Shown here piece after piece: positions 1 to 11,965 of a stretch of 64,000 nucleotides of DNA. Source of the stretch: Sphaerodactylus townsendi (lineage: Eukaryota); NCBI RefSeq assembly GCF_021028975.2, contig NC_059430.1, positions 91,946,001-92,010,000 of the forward strand, written 5' to 3'. The notes beneath the pieces were generated by a model. That model worked only from the letters and a program-made list of their open reading frames with translations, did not search any database and was not told where the DNA came from. Each line of letters starts with the position of its first letter. Positions within the stretch are counted from its first letter, which is position 1. A program made the translations under genes and the position numbers.

Positions 1-89
1 CGGCCAGCATGGTCAATTGGCCATAATGGCAGGGGCTGATGGGAATTGTAGTCCTTAGCATCTGGAGTGCCAAAGGTTCGCCACCACTG
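1..89. mobile_element. End of a hAT-type MITE
   Basis: Terminates in ggttcgccaccactg, a hAT-like TIR similar to that of 29859-30192. Confidence 0.6.
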
Positions 90-128
90 GCCTAAGACAT
101 CTAGAAATAGTAGTTTATGGATGTCATA

Positions 129-410
129 GGGCCTTTCCCCACTTACCTTAAGCCCCGCGCTACTTGAGGAGAGTAGCGCGGGGTCCCCCGGCACTCCACA
201 CGAGAGGGGCGGTGACAGTGCAGCCGCCCCGACGCTGCCGCTGTCGCGCCCCCTCAGCACGAGGCATCCCTGGCGCTCTTGCAAAGGGTGCCTTTTGATG
301 ACCCTGCACAGAGCACGGGGTCGTGGGGCTGCCCGGGCGTGTGCCAAGGATGCCACGCACTGGGAATTGCGTGCAGTGGCGGCGGCCGAAGGAAAAGTAG
401 GGAAAGGCCC
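129..410. mobile_element. PIF/Harbinger-type MITE
   Basis: TIRs gggcctttccccact / agtagggaaaggccc, flanked by ata/tta (near TWA TSD). Subterminal hairpin ccccgcgctact-tgaggag-agtagcgcgggg. Confidence 0.8.
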
Positions 411-1420
411 TTAGTTATCAGCAAACACAACCAACAATTGGGCCACATGGTCTACCGAAAACCTGCATACACTGATAGATATCTACATCAAAACTCCAAT
501 CATCACCCAGGACAAAAAAAAAAGCACAATAAAAACTCTGGTAGATCATGCAAAAAGAATCTGTGAACCCCACCTCCTTCAAGATGAACTGAATCACCTA
601 AACTGGACTCTACAGGCCAACAGTTACTCTACTGCAGACATTAGAAGAGCTTCAAGACCAAGAACAAACCACAGGAATAAACAGCCACCCAGAGGGAAGG
701 TGTTTTTACCATACATCAAGGGAATCACTGATTGAATAGGGAAACTGATAAAGAAACATAACCTGCAAACAATCTTCAGACCCACCAAGAAAATTCAACA
801 AATGCTACGTTCAGCAAAGGATAAAAGGGATCCTCTAACTTCTGCAGGAGTCTACCGCATACCTTACAGCTGCAGACCTGTCTACATAAAGTCCATGAAA
901 CGCAGGGTCCAGACACGAATCAAAGAACATCAGCAGCAACAGAACATGTTATAAACCAAGCTGAACACGAATATTATTTGAAAACACAGAAATTCTGGAC
1001 CACTTGACAACCACTACGTCAGACTACACAGAGAAACCATTGAAATCCACAAGCCCATGGACCATTCTAACAGAAAGGAAGAAACTACGAAAATGAATGA
1101 AATTTGGCTACCAGTACTTAATAACACCAGAATCAAGACAATGGTTAGTGAACACCACCCAGACTCAGGATGTCTCTCTGCAGGAAGAAATAAAATGGAT
1201 TGTAAATGAGTACCTAAATGCACTGCCAAATGCCCTCGCAAACTGATTATTCAACTTCAATATTACATACAAATGCTAAATTGGGGAAATCCCACTTAAC
1301 ATATGCAAATTACACTTGCAATCTGCACCTTTAACACTTTTAACAAATGCAAATGGTTCTTTCTCCCACCCTGGGCATTTCACAGGTATATACACTCCAC
1401 TTGCTTTACTGCCACTAGAT

Positions 1421-1461
1421 CCTCTGAAGATGCCAGTCACAGATTCAGACAAAATGTCAGG
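1421..1461 (+). ncRNA. Degenerate minimal type I hammerhead ribozyme motif (Penelope pLTR)
   Basis: cct-CTGAAGA-t-gccagt-cacagat-tcagac-AAAAtgtc-agg; GAAA box mutated. Confidence 0.6.
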
Positions 1462-1873
1462 AGAAAAAGCACGCACACAAATTGTGTGTCTGTGTGTGTG
1501 TGTGTCCCAGATGCCAAAAAAGGGGTAGCACAGAAATAGAGGTTGAGCAAAACGTTGGCTCAGAACCCTTCATAGCAGGATAATCAGATAAGAACAGAAA
1601 ACCACTGGGAAGCTCCACTGCGAAGCAAGCAGCTACGAAGCAAGTAGAGCCTGTATAATATGCCATTTAATTTTTGAAAGTTAATCTGTATTCCACATTT
1701 TGACCCTAGTTGCCTCCTCCCAGTAGTTCACAACAACATCAATCAGTGTCAAATATTTAAAATGACAAGAAAGTACAGTAGGGAAAGAAGAATATGGTAC
1801 ATTGATGGATCAGTTAAGGTCTTCTGGAACCAGAAATGTTTTCTCTGAAAAGCCCATCGAGACAGTGCTAACA

Positions 1874-1915
1874 TCATCTCTTGTGAAAAGGAGTCCCACA
1901 ATCTATGTAGAGCAC
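1874..1915 (-). CDS. LMNTD1: Tentative LMNTD1 last coding exon (VLYIDCGTPFHKR*)
   Basis: Acceptor cattttcag|, phase 0 compatible, ends in TGA. Short polypyrimidine tract; other acceptors are possible. Confidence 0.3.
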   Translation of the reverse strand: MLYIDCGTPFHKR

Positions 1916-2127
1916 CTGAAAATGCTCCCCACAAGTCACCACCAATTTTATCCCCAACAAGGCAGGCTCGTGCTTGAGGGCTGCATTCGTTATCTCAGGG
2001 CACCTAAATGCACAAGGATTGAATCTCTATGAAAAATAGGTAGTTTTTAATGGAACAGCCCTACACACCACTTATTTTAACTTGAGACCAACTGCATGCC
2101 ACAGTCCCTTCCCCTAGGAATTCTGGT

Positions 2128-2330
2128 TATGAACACATGAATCTTCCTTCCACTGAGTCAGACCATTGGTGTACCAAAATCAGTAATTATGTACTCTGAT
2201 GGGTTGCAGCTCTGCAAGATAGAGGTTTTTCATATCACCAACCACCTGATCATTTTTACTGGAGATGCTGGGGTTGAAACTGGGACATTCTGTATGAAAG
2301 GTGATGTTCTGCCACTGAGCCACAAGCTCC
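2128..2330 (-). mobile_element. tRNA-derived SINE with CR1-like tail
   Basis: Reverse complement has A box tggctcagtgg, B box gtttcaaccc and tail ggtctgactcagtg...atgtgttc. A related copy at ~33352-34010 (+) is split by a hAT MITE. Confidence 0.7.
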
Positions 2331-3052
2331 ACCCCACCTAGTTGTTTGTATCAGGCTTTTTGATTGATGTCTGTGCAGTAAAGGTGATTTACCATCACAT
2401 TTATGATTTTGCTTTTAAATACGTACAACTATATTCACTCCTATCCAATCTTCTTCATTTAAACTTATTTTTTTTAATTTGTCCTTCCCTTTGCTGGTTC
2501 ATTACTATTGCCCCTTCCTCCTCCCTCATCTTAACTTATGGGCTTTCCGCATTGACAGAGTTGTACTGGTTTCTATCTAGGTCCACCTCAGTGTATCCGC
2601 ACTGCAACTGAGCTCAACGTTGTTTTGTCTCAGTTCCCCCACCTCAGAACTGCGACATCTGGAACAAGGTCGATGATCAGCCCGAAGTCTTGGGCCTCAA
2701 AACGACACCTCATCTGTTCAACCAATCAGGATGCGCAGAATGGGAGAGTCGTGGCGGGCATGTAACTGTAAACTGTAAACTGTGAAAACTGTAAAAAAAA
2801 AGAATGCTCCCGTTTCCCATGGTAACACAAGCTCCAATCACGATCGAGGAGCAAAACAGGCACCAAGATGATCCCGCCCACTTAGCTCGGTTCCAGGGGG
2901 CCAAGTAACTTAGATTGTAACTTCCTTGGAAACAGTGACCTGTCTTTTGCTTATTCGTTTATTCCATTTTACTGATCTGTAGAGTCATGTACGCCTGTGG
3001 TGCAAATAATAATAATAATGATGATAGTAATGACAATATCTTCTCTACTCAC

Positions 3053-3141
3053 CCCTGCTGATCGAGTTGACCTCCTTCTTTTCCCATTACAACTTCTTGA
3101 TACCACTTTCTTACCTTGACTCTGCCCTGTACATGGAACAT
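3053..3141 (-). CDS. LMNTD1: Probable LMNTD1 downstream exon (DVPCTGQSQGKKVVSRSCNGKRRRSTRSAG)
   Basis: Acceptor tttgtttccatctatag|, donor GGG|gtgagt. 89 nt, phase 1 to 0, open and in phase with exon 19733-19905. An alternative internal donor CAAG|gtaaga is also present. Confidence 0.65.
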
Positions 3142-4583
3142 CTATAGATGGAAACAAAAATGAATTTCTATGGCTATTTTTTAACAGAAAAAAGAAAGAT
3201 ACTGTGTTCCATGCCCACTCTCTTATTTCTTTACAAATAAATACAATAGGTGTAAAACAATGTGTACTTATTCCTTTCTTTATATTTCACTGCCACCAAG
3301 AATTTAATTCCAAACCACTTTATATTTTCTCCTGAAATAGATTGTTCGAGCTTTAAAGCAGTTTCGAAGGGCCGTGTGGTCCTAAGGAAATTACTAGTGT
3401 GGGATTCCACATTACATTAAACAAAATAAAATCTTATCTATATATGTTCATTGGGTTAAACATTTCAAGAAATAATTTACCATAACAAAAGAAAGTGAAT
3501 CAACAACTTCTGCTGAGGAGACTTTCACTTTAAATCAATCCATTCTCTCACTCCTTTACATCTCTGAGACTAATCCTATAGACTCCATTTCTAGTCTCTC
3601 AGTGTTTCTTCCTATTTCTTTGGCAATTATACACTTCATATAATACCATAGTTTAGCACAGGCAGCATCTCTTTTCTCAGTACAGTTAGCACTGACTTTC
3701 CCCTCAGTTCAGCACAGACTGTCCAAAGTCACTTTCCAGTGTCAATCAATCATCTTGCTCTCTCACCCCCCTTCCTTCTACAACTTTCCTCTCATTTTAA
3801 AAAAAGCACACTCATCACATTTTAAAATGTTACACTGTGAAAAATTCCTCCTTTTCAACTCGTGTTTTAAAACAAAGTTTTAAAAAGAAAATAGTTATCA
3901 AACTGATCACTTAGAACTTACTTAACAATGTGAACTAATTAAGGTGAGAATTTGCTGGACTCTGAGGTCCCACATCACTCAAAGGCATAGTCCTGAACTT
4001 TTGAGCTGAATAAAATTATTCTCCGGTTTCCTGCCAGATCATATTAATCTTTCAACTTTTAAAAGAAACATTCCAAGGAAACACATTTTTATAGTTTCAG
4101 TTAGTAAAATTGTTTGTTGCAGTTCACTCTTCAGTATAGCAGTGTTTTCTTTTTCCAAACTGAAAACATTCCTATTGGTTGAAGAGAGCATATGGGTTAC
4201 ATCATGCATTCCAAACTTCACAAGAATTCAATGTGGCAGAGGGGGTGTGTGTTTCAAAATCATAGCTCCCCTTCCACTGCTAGAGAAACTGCAAAGAAAC
4301 ACTGGGTTCAATAGGTGAGCAAATAGAAGTTTGGAAGGTCTGTATCTTGGGGGTTCTGCCCAGAAATCTCCAGGCAGTAGGACCAGGGAGGCTTTTTATC
4401 TCAGAGTTTTGTCAAAGAACTTAGTCAGTTTCTGCGATTGCAGCGCACTGCAAAGCTAGGCAGATAACTCAGGCTCAGGATAAGGTACCTTCCTGTGTTT
4501 TCATGAAGTTTCTGGTGACAGTGGGAGCATCAAAGAGCTTATTAATTGAAGTGGAAGAATGTGGTTCTTGTAAAGTTTGAGAA

Positions 4584-4745
4584 NNNNNNNNNNNNNNNNN
4601 NNNNNNNNNNNNNNNNNNNNNNNNNNNNNNNNNNNNNNNNNNNNNNNNNNNNNNNNNNNNNNNNNNNNNNNNNNNNNNNNNNNNNNNNNNNNNNNNNNNN
4701 NNNNNNNNNNNNNNNNNNNNNNNNNNNNNNNNNNNNNNNNNNNNN
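4584..4745. other. Assembly gap
   Basis: Run of N. Confidence 1.
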
Positions 4746-5204
4746 TCCCCGGAGGGCTCAGGGTGGTGAACAACATAAAGTCATACAAAAAAACATAAAA
4801 ATCTTAAAACAGGTACATTGTACAATAGGGCCCTTGAGACCCATATACCACCCTCTTCCAAAAATGAGGAGGGGTCCCAATGATGTTAGGGGACCCTACT
4901 AGCAGGGGGGGGAGGGCGGGGCATTATCGGCGGCTGGACTCTCCAAAGGCCCGGTGGAATAATTCGGTTTTACAGGCCCTGCGGAACTCTCTAAGGTCCC
5001 GCAGGGCCCGAATAATGTGTTCCACCAGGCCGGTGCCAGGGCTGTAAAGGCCCTGGTCCGTGTGGAGGCCAGCCGCGTCATCGAGGGGCCAGGGATCTCC
5101 AGTAGATTTGCCTCTGCTGATCGCAGAGGACGAGCCGGGACATATGGGGTAATGCTGTCCTGAAGATACGAGGGTCCCGGGCCGCGTAAGGCCTTAAAGT
5201 TCAA
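4746..5204 (-). mobile_element. L2-clade LINE 3' end
   Basis: FKALRGPGPSYLQDSITPYVPARPLRSA...RAFTALAPAWWNTL; the 3' tail runs into an assembly gap. Confidence 0.85.
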
Positions 5205-5634
5205 GACATTTGCAAACTTTTCTTTGCATTGAACTTTATGAACAACATAGTGATTCCCCCACCAATTTTGATTTAATAAGGAACAATGTAAGAACTGCTT
5301 TGTTGAATTAGATTATTTAGTCTGTTTGACACATCACTTGGTATTAAGAGAAATAGTTCCTCTGAATAGTGCCTCTCGCTCTTTGACTTGCTCAGAAGCA
5401 GCAGCACACACTGTACTCTATGAGACCAGGGAAAAAGACAGTGAGAGAAAGGTGAGTTCTGTTTTTTTGTGGGGGTTATCTTTAAAGCTCAATCTTTATC
5501 TGGTGTGTATGAGGTTTGGAGGGCTTGTGTGTTTGTTTTTTGAGGGCTTGGGGAAGCTTTTGTCTGTGTGAGAGGTTCCTTTGTTGTTGACTGTGTGTTT
5601 GCCTCAGGCGGTTGAGGGGTGGGGCTTCATGTTT

Positions 5635-5853
5635 TGTCGAAGGCTTTCACGGCCAGAATCACTAGGGTGTTGTGTGATTTCTGGGCTGTATGGCCGTATT
5701 CTAGTAGCATTTTCTCTTGATGTTTCACCAGCGTCTGTGGCTGGCATCTTCAGAGGGTCTTCTAAAGATGCCAGCTACAGATGCAGGCAAAATTTCAGGA
5801 GAAAATGCTACTAGAACACTGCTATACAGCCCGGAAACCACACAACACCCCAG
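5635..5853. mobile_element. Head-to-head inverted pair of Penelope pLTR fragments, each with a hammerhead motif (5716-5756 minus; 5761-5799 plus)
   Basis: Minus copy: cct-CTGAAGA-t-gccagc-cacagac-gctggt-GAAAcatc-aag. Plus copy: ctaaaga-t-gccagc-tacagat-gcaggc-aaaatttc-agg. Confidence 0.8.
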
Positions 5854-7097
5854 TGGGGATTCTGTTTAATCACCTAACTGATTTGAATCAACTGCCACTC
5901 GCTGCCACTCACTCTTTGACTTGCTCAGAAGAAGAAGCACACACTGTACTCTGAGACCAGGGAAAAAGACAGTGAAAAAAAAGGTGAGCTGTTTTTTTGC
6001 GGGGGTTATCCTTAAAACTCAATCCTTATCATGTGTGTGTGTGTGTTTTGAGGGCTTGTCTGTTTGTTTTTTGAGGGCCTGGGGAAGCTTTTGTCTGTGT
6101 CTTTGACTTGCTCAGAAACAGCAGCACAGAGCAATAAGGACCCATCTTCCGGGTGATAGCAAAACATAAGGTAGTGACTAGGGGCAAAAGTCTTCAATCC
6201 TTAGGTCATAGTCTGGAGCTCAGTGAATAGGCCTAGGCTATGAAGTAGCAAGGCTAACTTGGATTTTGGACAGTAAAGTGTAGAAGGGGACTTTTGAAAG
6301 GGTGGCCCAGAAATCTGTTCTGCAGAATTTAAGACATCTAAATATGGATCATCAAGGAGTTTCTGCTGTCACTTGTAACAGCTGTGGGATGTTTGTTTTT
6401 CTGCCAGAAGATATGGGTACACCTGCAACAAGTGCAAACTGGTTACTTTGTTAGAAGAGAAGCTTGAAACACAAGTATCTACACTTCAGCACATTAAGAA
6501 CAACGAAACTATCCTGGAAAGAATGGAGCAGACGGTACTGGGTGGAGAATACACCAGGGACATCTCTGAGGAGGATGGCAACTCTCATACAGAGGAAGTG
6601 GGAAACTGGAGAAATGTAACCCATAGGAGCAGAAGGACCAGGGAGCATTCTGTGGATTTGAAACTACAGAATCGTTTTGAGGTCTCTCCCTTCTTGATGA
6701 GGATAAGGAACAGGCACAGGAGGAACGGACTCAGCTCTCAGAGAATGCACAAGTGACAGAAAGTTCAACCCGAGAAATGTCACCTGCAAAACCCCAGAGG
6801 AGATATGTGGTGGTGGTAGGGGACTCCCTGCTAAGGGGGACGGATGCAGCAATTTGCAGGCCTGACAAGATGTATCGAGAGGTGTGCTGTCTCCCTGGAA
6901 CAAAAATCCGTGATGTCACAGAGTGGCTAAGAAGACTTGTCACGCTCACTGACTGTTATCCCTTCCTTTTAATCCATGTCAGAACAAATGACACTGCTAG
7001 ACGACACTTTTGGGACATCAGTGAGGCTCTCGGAAGGAAGCTGAAGGAACTGGATGCACAGGCTGCCATTTCTACTTTCAGTTGAAGGACAAGGGCC

Positions 7098-7938
7098 CAG
7101 GGGCGTAACGAGGCAGCCCTGGGCAAACTGTAGCCCTGGGCAAAACCTGAGTTGGATGCCCCCCCCCATGGGCGGCCACTCCACCACGACCAAATTCTTT
7201 TTGCACCAGGACATTGGTGCCTTCAGGGGGTGCAGTTTTAGACATATGGACCCTCAAAGGGGGTACCCCATCCCACATTCTTTGCTAAGGAGATGGGAGC
7301 TACCCTTTTGAGGGTCCATAACTTTGGACCCCCTGAACCAAACTGCACCAAACCTTGGGGGTGCCATCATGACAATCTCCAGATGATACCCTGAAATTTT
7401 GGTGATGATACGTCCAAGAATGCCCTCCCTGCAAGACCATCCCGAAATTTGCCCAAGAATCTTTGTTCTGCATTGAGTTTTCTGCATTTCTTTCAATGGG
7501 GGTTGCAGGCTGGGGGGCACATTTTTGAAGGCACAGTCTCAAAACTTTCAGGGTCTCATCAGGAGACTGCCCTAATGATTTCCCCCAGGTTTGGTGCAGT
7601 TTGGTTCAGGGGGGCCAAAGTTATGGACCCTCAAAACTGTAGCCCCCATCTCCTATTAGCTCCCATTGGAAACAATGGGGGATAGGGGCACCCCCTTTGG
7701 GAGTCCATAACTTTGGACTCCCTGAACCAAACCTCACCAAACTTGGGGGTTTGCATAAGGACAGTCACCTGATGTTACACTGAAATTTTGGTGCTGCTAG
7801 CCTAAAAAACTGCACCCCCTGCAGGCCAGAAATGGAAAACCACTAAAATACCCAAAAACGAACCCAGCATTTTGATGCCCCCCACAAGGTGATGCCCTGG
7901 GCAGCTGCCCACCTTGCCCAATGGGCATTACGCCAGTG
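7098..7938. mobile_element. Non-autonomous hAT transposon inserted in CR1 ORF1
   Basis: Perfect 8-bp TSD caagggcc; TIRs caggggcgtaa / ttacgccagtg; internal direct and inverted subrepeats. Confidence 0.9.
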
Positions 7939-9479
7939 CAAGGGCCCAGGAGGGAAAGAAGACTAGTGGAGGTGAATAACTGGCTTCGCAGATGATGCCA
8001 CCAGGAATGTTTGGCTTCTTGGACCATGGCCCTCATTTCCCCCCTTTTTGAAGATGGGAATAACATTAGCCCTCCTCCAGTCCAGTGGGACTTCCCCTGT
8101 TCTCCAGGAGTTCTGAGATTACTTCTGCCAGTTCTTTTAATACCCTGGGATGTAGTTCACCAGGCCCCAGAGATTTGAATTCATTTAAACTAGCCAAGTG
8201 TTCCTGCACTACCTCTTTATTTATTCTGTGCTGAATTTCTCCTACTGTATCTACTGTTTCATTTTTTCCTGGATGAGCACCATTTCCTTTTTGAGAAAAG
8301 AGTGAGGCAAAAAAAACTGTTGAGTAGTTCTGCCTTTTCTCCATTCCCTGTTAGCATTTTGCCATCTTCTCCATGCAGTGACTCTATCCTATCCTTTTTC
8401 TTCCTTTTGCTATGGACATAACCAAAAAAGCCTTTGTTGTTGTTTTTAACCTCTCTGGCAAGCCTCAGCTCATTGTGAGCTTTAGCTTTTCTGACTTTCT
8501 CCCTACACATCCTGGTTATTTGTTTGAATTTGTCTTTGCTTTCTTAACATCTAGAATGCATGTATGACTACGCTTAGCATCCCCTTTCCATTATATAACA
8601 AACTCCGGGAGAACATGATCACTCCCACCTAAGGATCCTATCACATCCACTCCACTAATCAGGTCATCATGATAGTTTAGGAGCAGATCTAAAATAACCG
8701 TTCTCCTTGTTACTTCTTCCATTTTCTGCACCATGAAATTGTCTAGCAGACAAGTGAGAAATTTGTTGGACCTGATTGTTGTGGAGGAGTTTGATGCTCA
8801 ACAAATATCAGGATAATTGAAATCTTCCATGACTACTACTTTTTCCCTTTGGTCATCTGTTCCAAGAATGCATCATTCATCTCTTCAGATTGGCACCATG
8901 AGATCAGTGCTGTTTCAAGGGACTTGATGGCCCTTGTGGTCTCTTCCAACCCTATGATTCTATGAATAAGGAGGTCTTATTTAACTTTCTCAAGACCTAT
9001 TTAATTATGGATTTGTTCTTTCTCAAAAAGCCTACCAAGTTAGAGCTGGCCACCTTTTTCTATGGTAGTGCTTTTTCTAGAATGCATAGTATGAAGTACT
9101 TTACTTTGTGTACCTTGAGTCTACTGCCAAATCAGTTTACTGTGGTAAACCTTGCAATATTTGTTTGTCTATTTACTTATAACACTTATTAGCTGCCTTT
9201 CTACCTTGTGGAACTCAAGGTGGCTTCCAATGTAAATAAATGTAATTGTAAATAAAACTGCAAATATAAAAATAAGTTCCTTTCCCCTGGGGCATTCCAG
9301 AGGTGGAGCCAACTTTAGTCAGCTTCCACCAGGGCTTCCCTTTTGGGAAGGCTTCCAGGTGGCTAGGGTTTTTCCCCCTTTCACCTGCCTCCCCATGCCA
9401 CCTGGAAGCCTTCTGTAGGTAGTGTGACAGTGCAGCAGTGGCGCCATCGCCAGTCACCTCAGGATCCGGATTGGGCTGT

Positions 9480-9855
9480 CTGTTGCTGTGGCTTGGAATA
9501 GCTCTACTGAAATTCCATCTGCTCCTGGAGATTTGTTTCTCCCAATCTCTCACAGTGCCGGTTTCACTGTAGATTTTTCTCAATATTATTCTTGGAGGGA
9601 ATCTCTCATCCTTTAATCTCTTCTGTATAGTTCTTCAGCATATTGTTTCTAACTTTTCTATATTTTGCCCTGTTCAGCTAATGTATAATGTATGTTGATC
9701 TTTCAGCATGCCTAACTGTCCTTTAAATTTCCCTTTGATTTTTTGGATCTTGTGAAACAGATCTCTTGTTCTTCCTTTTTTGTTGTTCTCTTCTACTGAA
9801 ATGTTTAATGCTTCCCCACTCAATATTATGAACTACTTTGGAAAATCCTCTTGCA
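9480..9855 (-). mobile_element. RTE-clade LINE ORF2 fragment
   Basis: Minus strand encodes GRNKSPGADGI and a KQYAEE-like pre-RT motif. Confidence 0.6.
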
Positions 9856-10209
9856 GGGAGTGGGGGAGGGGTGATGGGTCATGTGAGGTTTTATTTTTTA
9901 AAACAGTGATGCTTTTAATTATGATTTGTAGGCCCCCTTGAACCACAACAAAAGGCAGGTCATAAATAATTTAATTAATAATAATTTAATACAGGTTTAA
10001 GAAATCCCCAAAGCCTTCATGTTCGGTCAGTGCAATACCACTTAAGATGCTACTATGTCAATAACCTCAAAACCATCTCCCTAATGTGGTTGTGATAGAG
10101 CAAAGTATAGCATTCAACTACAAAGGCAAGACTAACCCTACTTTGGTGAATAAAAAACTTCAGAAGCTTTCATCATCACTATTAGTGAATGCAAAACAAC
10201 AGATAAGTA

Positions 10210-10420
10210 TTTATTATATTTACTTCATTCATCCCACACTTTCCCCCAATAGGGACCCAACACACCTCACATCATTCTCCTCTGTGTTATCCTACAAGGT
10301 GAGCCTGAGAGATGATGGCTGGCCCAAGGTCACCAGCAAACGTTCACGGCAGAGTGGGAATGTGAAGTTGAGTCTCCCAGATCCTAGCCTGGTGTTCTAA
10401 CCACTGTACTGCACTAGCTC
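10210..10420 (-). mobile_element. Old tRNA/CORE-type SINE (similar copies ~38065-38260, ~40930-41090, ~44785-44900)
   Basis: CORE-like ggcccaaggtcacc and tRNA head ctaaccactgtactgcac on the minus strand. Confidence 0.65.
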
Positions 10421-10586
10421 TTAAAAATGAATAACAATTACCGTATCTTGCATTAGTGTAAAGAAACATGAAATGGAGGTAGATTGTATAAGGGAATGTT
10501 TACAGGTAATTTATGACTCAGGAAAACACAGGCTGAGAAGAGGTGATTATTTCCATGGGGGCACAGGTAGCAACTCTGCCTCTGGT

Positions 10587-10753
10587 CCTAACCTGGATAG
10601 CCCCAGGCTAGCCTGACCTTGTCAGATCTCAGAAGCTAAGCAGGGTTGGCCCTGCTAGGATTTGGATGAGAGATCTCCAAGGAATACCAAGGTTATGATG
10701 CAGAGACAGTCAATGGCAAACCACCTCTGATGTCTCTTGCCTTGAAAACCCTA
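10587..10753 (+). mobile_element. 5S rRNA-headed SINE with Sauria/BovB-type tail
   Basis: 5S internal sequence gatctcagaagctaagcaggg...ttggatg followed by caatggcaaaccacctctg...ttgccttgaaaaccct. Confidence 0.75.
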
Positions 10754-11751
10754 CCATTACCATATCTTTGAGTGCTGATATGGACAAGATGGTTTTTTCC
10801 CACCCCTTAAGAGAATATTCTCCTGCAAATACCAGTTTTACAAGTACTCTTTTTAATGCCCACACTTATATTATTATAAAAAATACAACATATAAGCCAA
10901 TCACAAGCAGTTTTCCCCTTTTCATGAGTAATTCCTTCCTATTTAATGCCAAGTTTTAGAATGAAGAGGATATTGATTCTTGAAGATGTTGTATCAGTTC
11001 AGTTTGCTTTCGGTTTATTTTGTACTTCTGCTTTTGTACCGGATACAAAATTATTATTGTAATGACGTATATTAGCCATACAGATGGAATATAAGATAGT
11101 TATTTCTCAGATGGATGTGGAGCTGGAGGTCAGAACTGATATTGATTGACTGTATTTTTTCTTTTTTGTTGTTGTCATTGTTGTTCTTGTATTCTATGAG
11201 ATGTATTTTTATTTAGAATTAATAAAATCTTGAAATCTTAAAAAAAAACACCAAAAGGCCTACCCTTTCTTATACTGTAGCAAAATTCAACTTTATACCC
11301 TCAAAGAAAAAAATTGCTTTGTTGAATAAGCGTCATTTTAATAGCTATGTATTTGATGACATTTGATGTTATGTAACAAAACATTTATTTGGTATTTTCT
11401 TGTGTTGAGTGTTGGGTGTCATTGTATGTATAACCCAGAGTGTACAGCTATATTCGTATTTTTTTTTCCTTTTTGAATGCTGGTCAAAGGCCGTAACAAA
11501 TAAAAGGTAAAGTAAAGCAATTTAATGAAAGTAATATTTGCAAGACTAATGTATAAGCCTTTCACTATTTCCCACAGTACTTGGGGGGAAGGGGAAACGA
11601 GCACTTTAACATTAAACAATCAAGAAGGCAGGGGTTTACATGTGGTAGATTGGATTAAAAGTCATTATCCCATCTTGATACTAAGAGAACAAAAAGCAAC
11701 ATACTCAACTACCTACGTTAATCTTTCTAATGGCCAGGCCTCGGGCATGTC

Positions 11752-11965
11752 TAGGGTTGCCAGCTCTGGGTTTGAAAATTCCTGGAGATTTTGGGGGTGG
11801 AGCTGAGGAAGGGGGGGTTGGGGAGGAGAGAGACATCAATAGGGTTTAATACCATACTGTCCACCTTCCAAGGTGTCCATTTTCTCCAGGTGAACTGATC
11901 TCTGTCACCTGGAGATCAGTTGTAATTCCAGGAGATCTTCAGCCACCACCTGGAGGGTAGCAATA
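11752..11965. mobile_element. Old MITE family with tagggttgcca TIR (other copies ~20502-20725, ~32840-33010, 51812-51978, ~60880-61090)
   Basis: Recurrent ~210-bp sequence containing ...ccttccaag..gccattttctccagg.gaactgatctct... Confidence 0.65.

Larger units (their letters stand above)
113..1468 (+). mobile_element. Penelope-like (Poseidon-type) retroelement, 5'-truncated: RT C-terminus, GIY-YIG endonuclease, start of pLTR
   Basis: FMDV|LVISK...VYRKPAYTDRYLHQNSNHHP (RT thumb); AGVYRIPYSC..VYI at ~845-890 (GIY-YIG); terminal hammerhead-like motif at 1421-1461. Interrupted by the MITE at 129-410. Confidence 0.9.
5379..8963 (+). mobile_element. CR1 LINE: tandem 5'UTR repeats, ORF1 (Zn finger, coiled coil, SGNH esterase), inverted ORF2 segment, 3' end
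   Basis: ~190-bp repeats at 5379-5569 and 5912-6100. ORF1 from ATG 6344 (CxxC..CxxC; VVVGDSLLRGTD..CCLPG..LIHVRTND). Minus-strand ORF2 at 8035-8885 (KAELLNSFF, GPGELHPRVLKEL, DFNYPDI). Plus-strand tail ttccaaccctatgattctatga. Confidence 0.9.

Noticed and set aside
4501-4902. ORFs spanning N runs (also 18526-18857)
   Set aside because: Artefacts of assembly gaps.
10587-10690. 5S rRNA gene (also ~19470-19545)
   Set aside because: Diverged, truncated and fused to a SINE tail.
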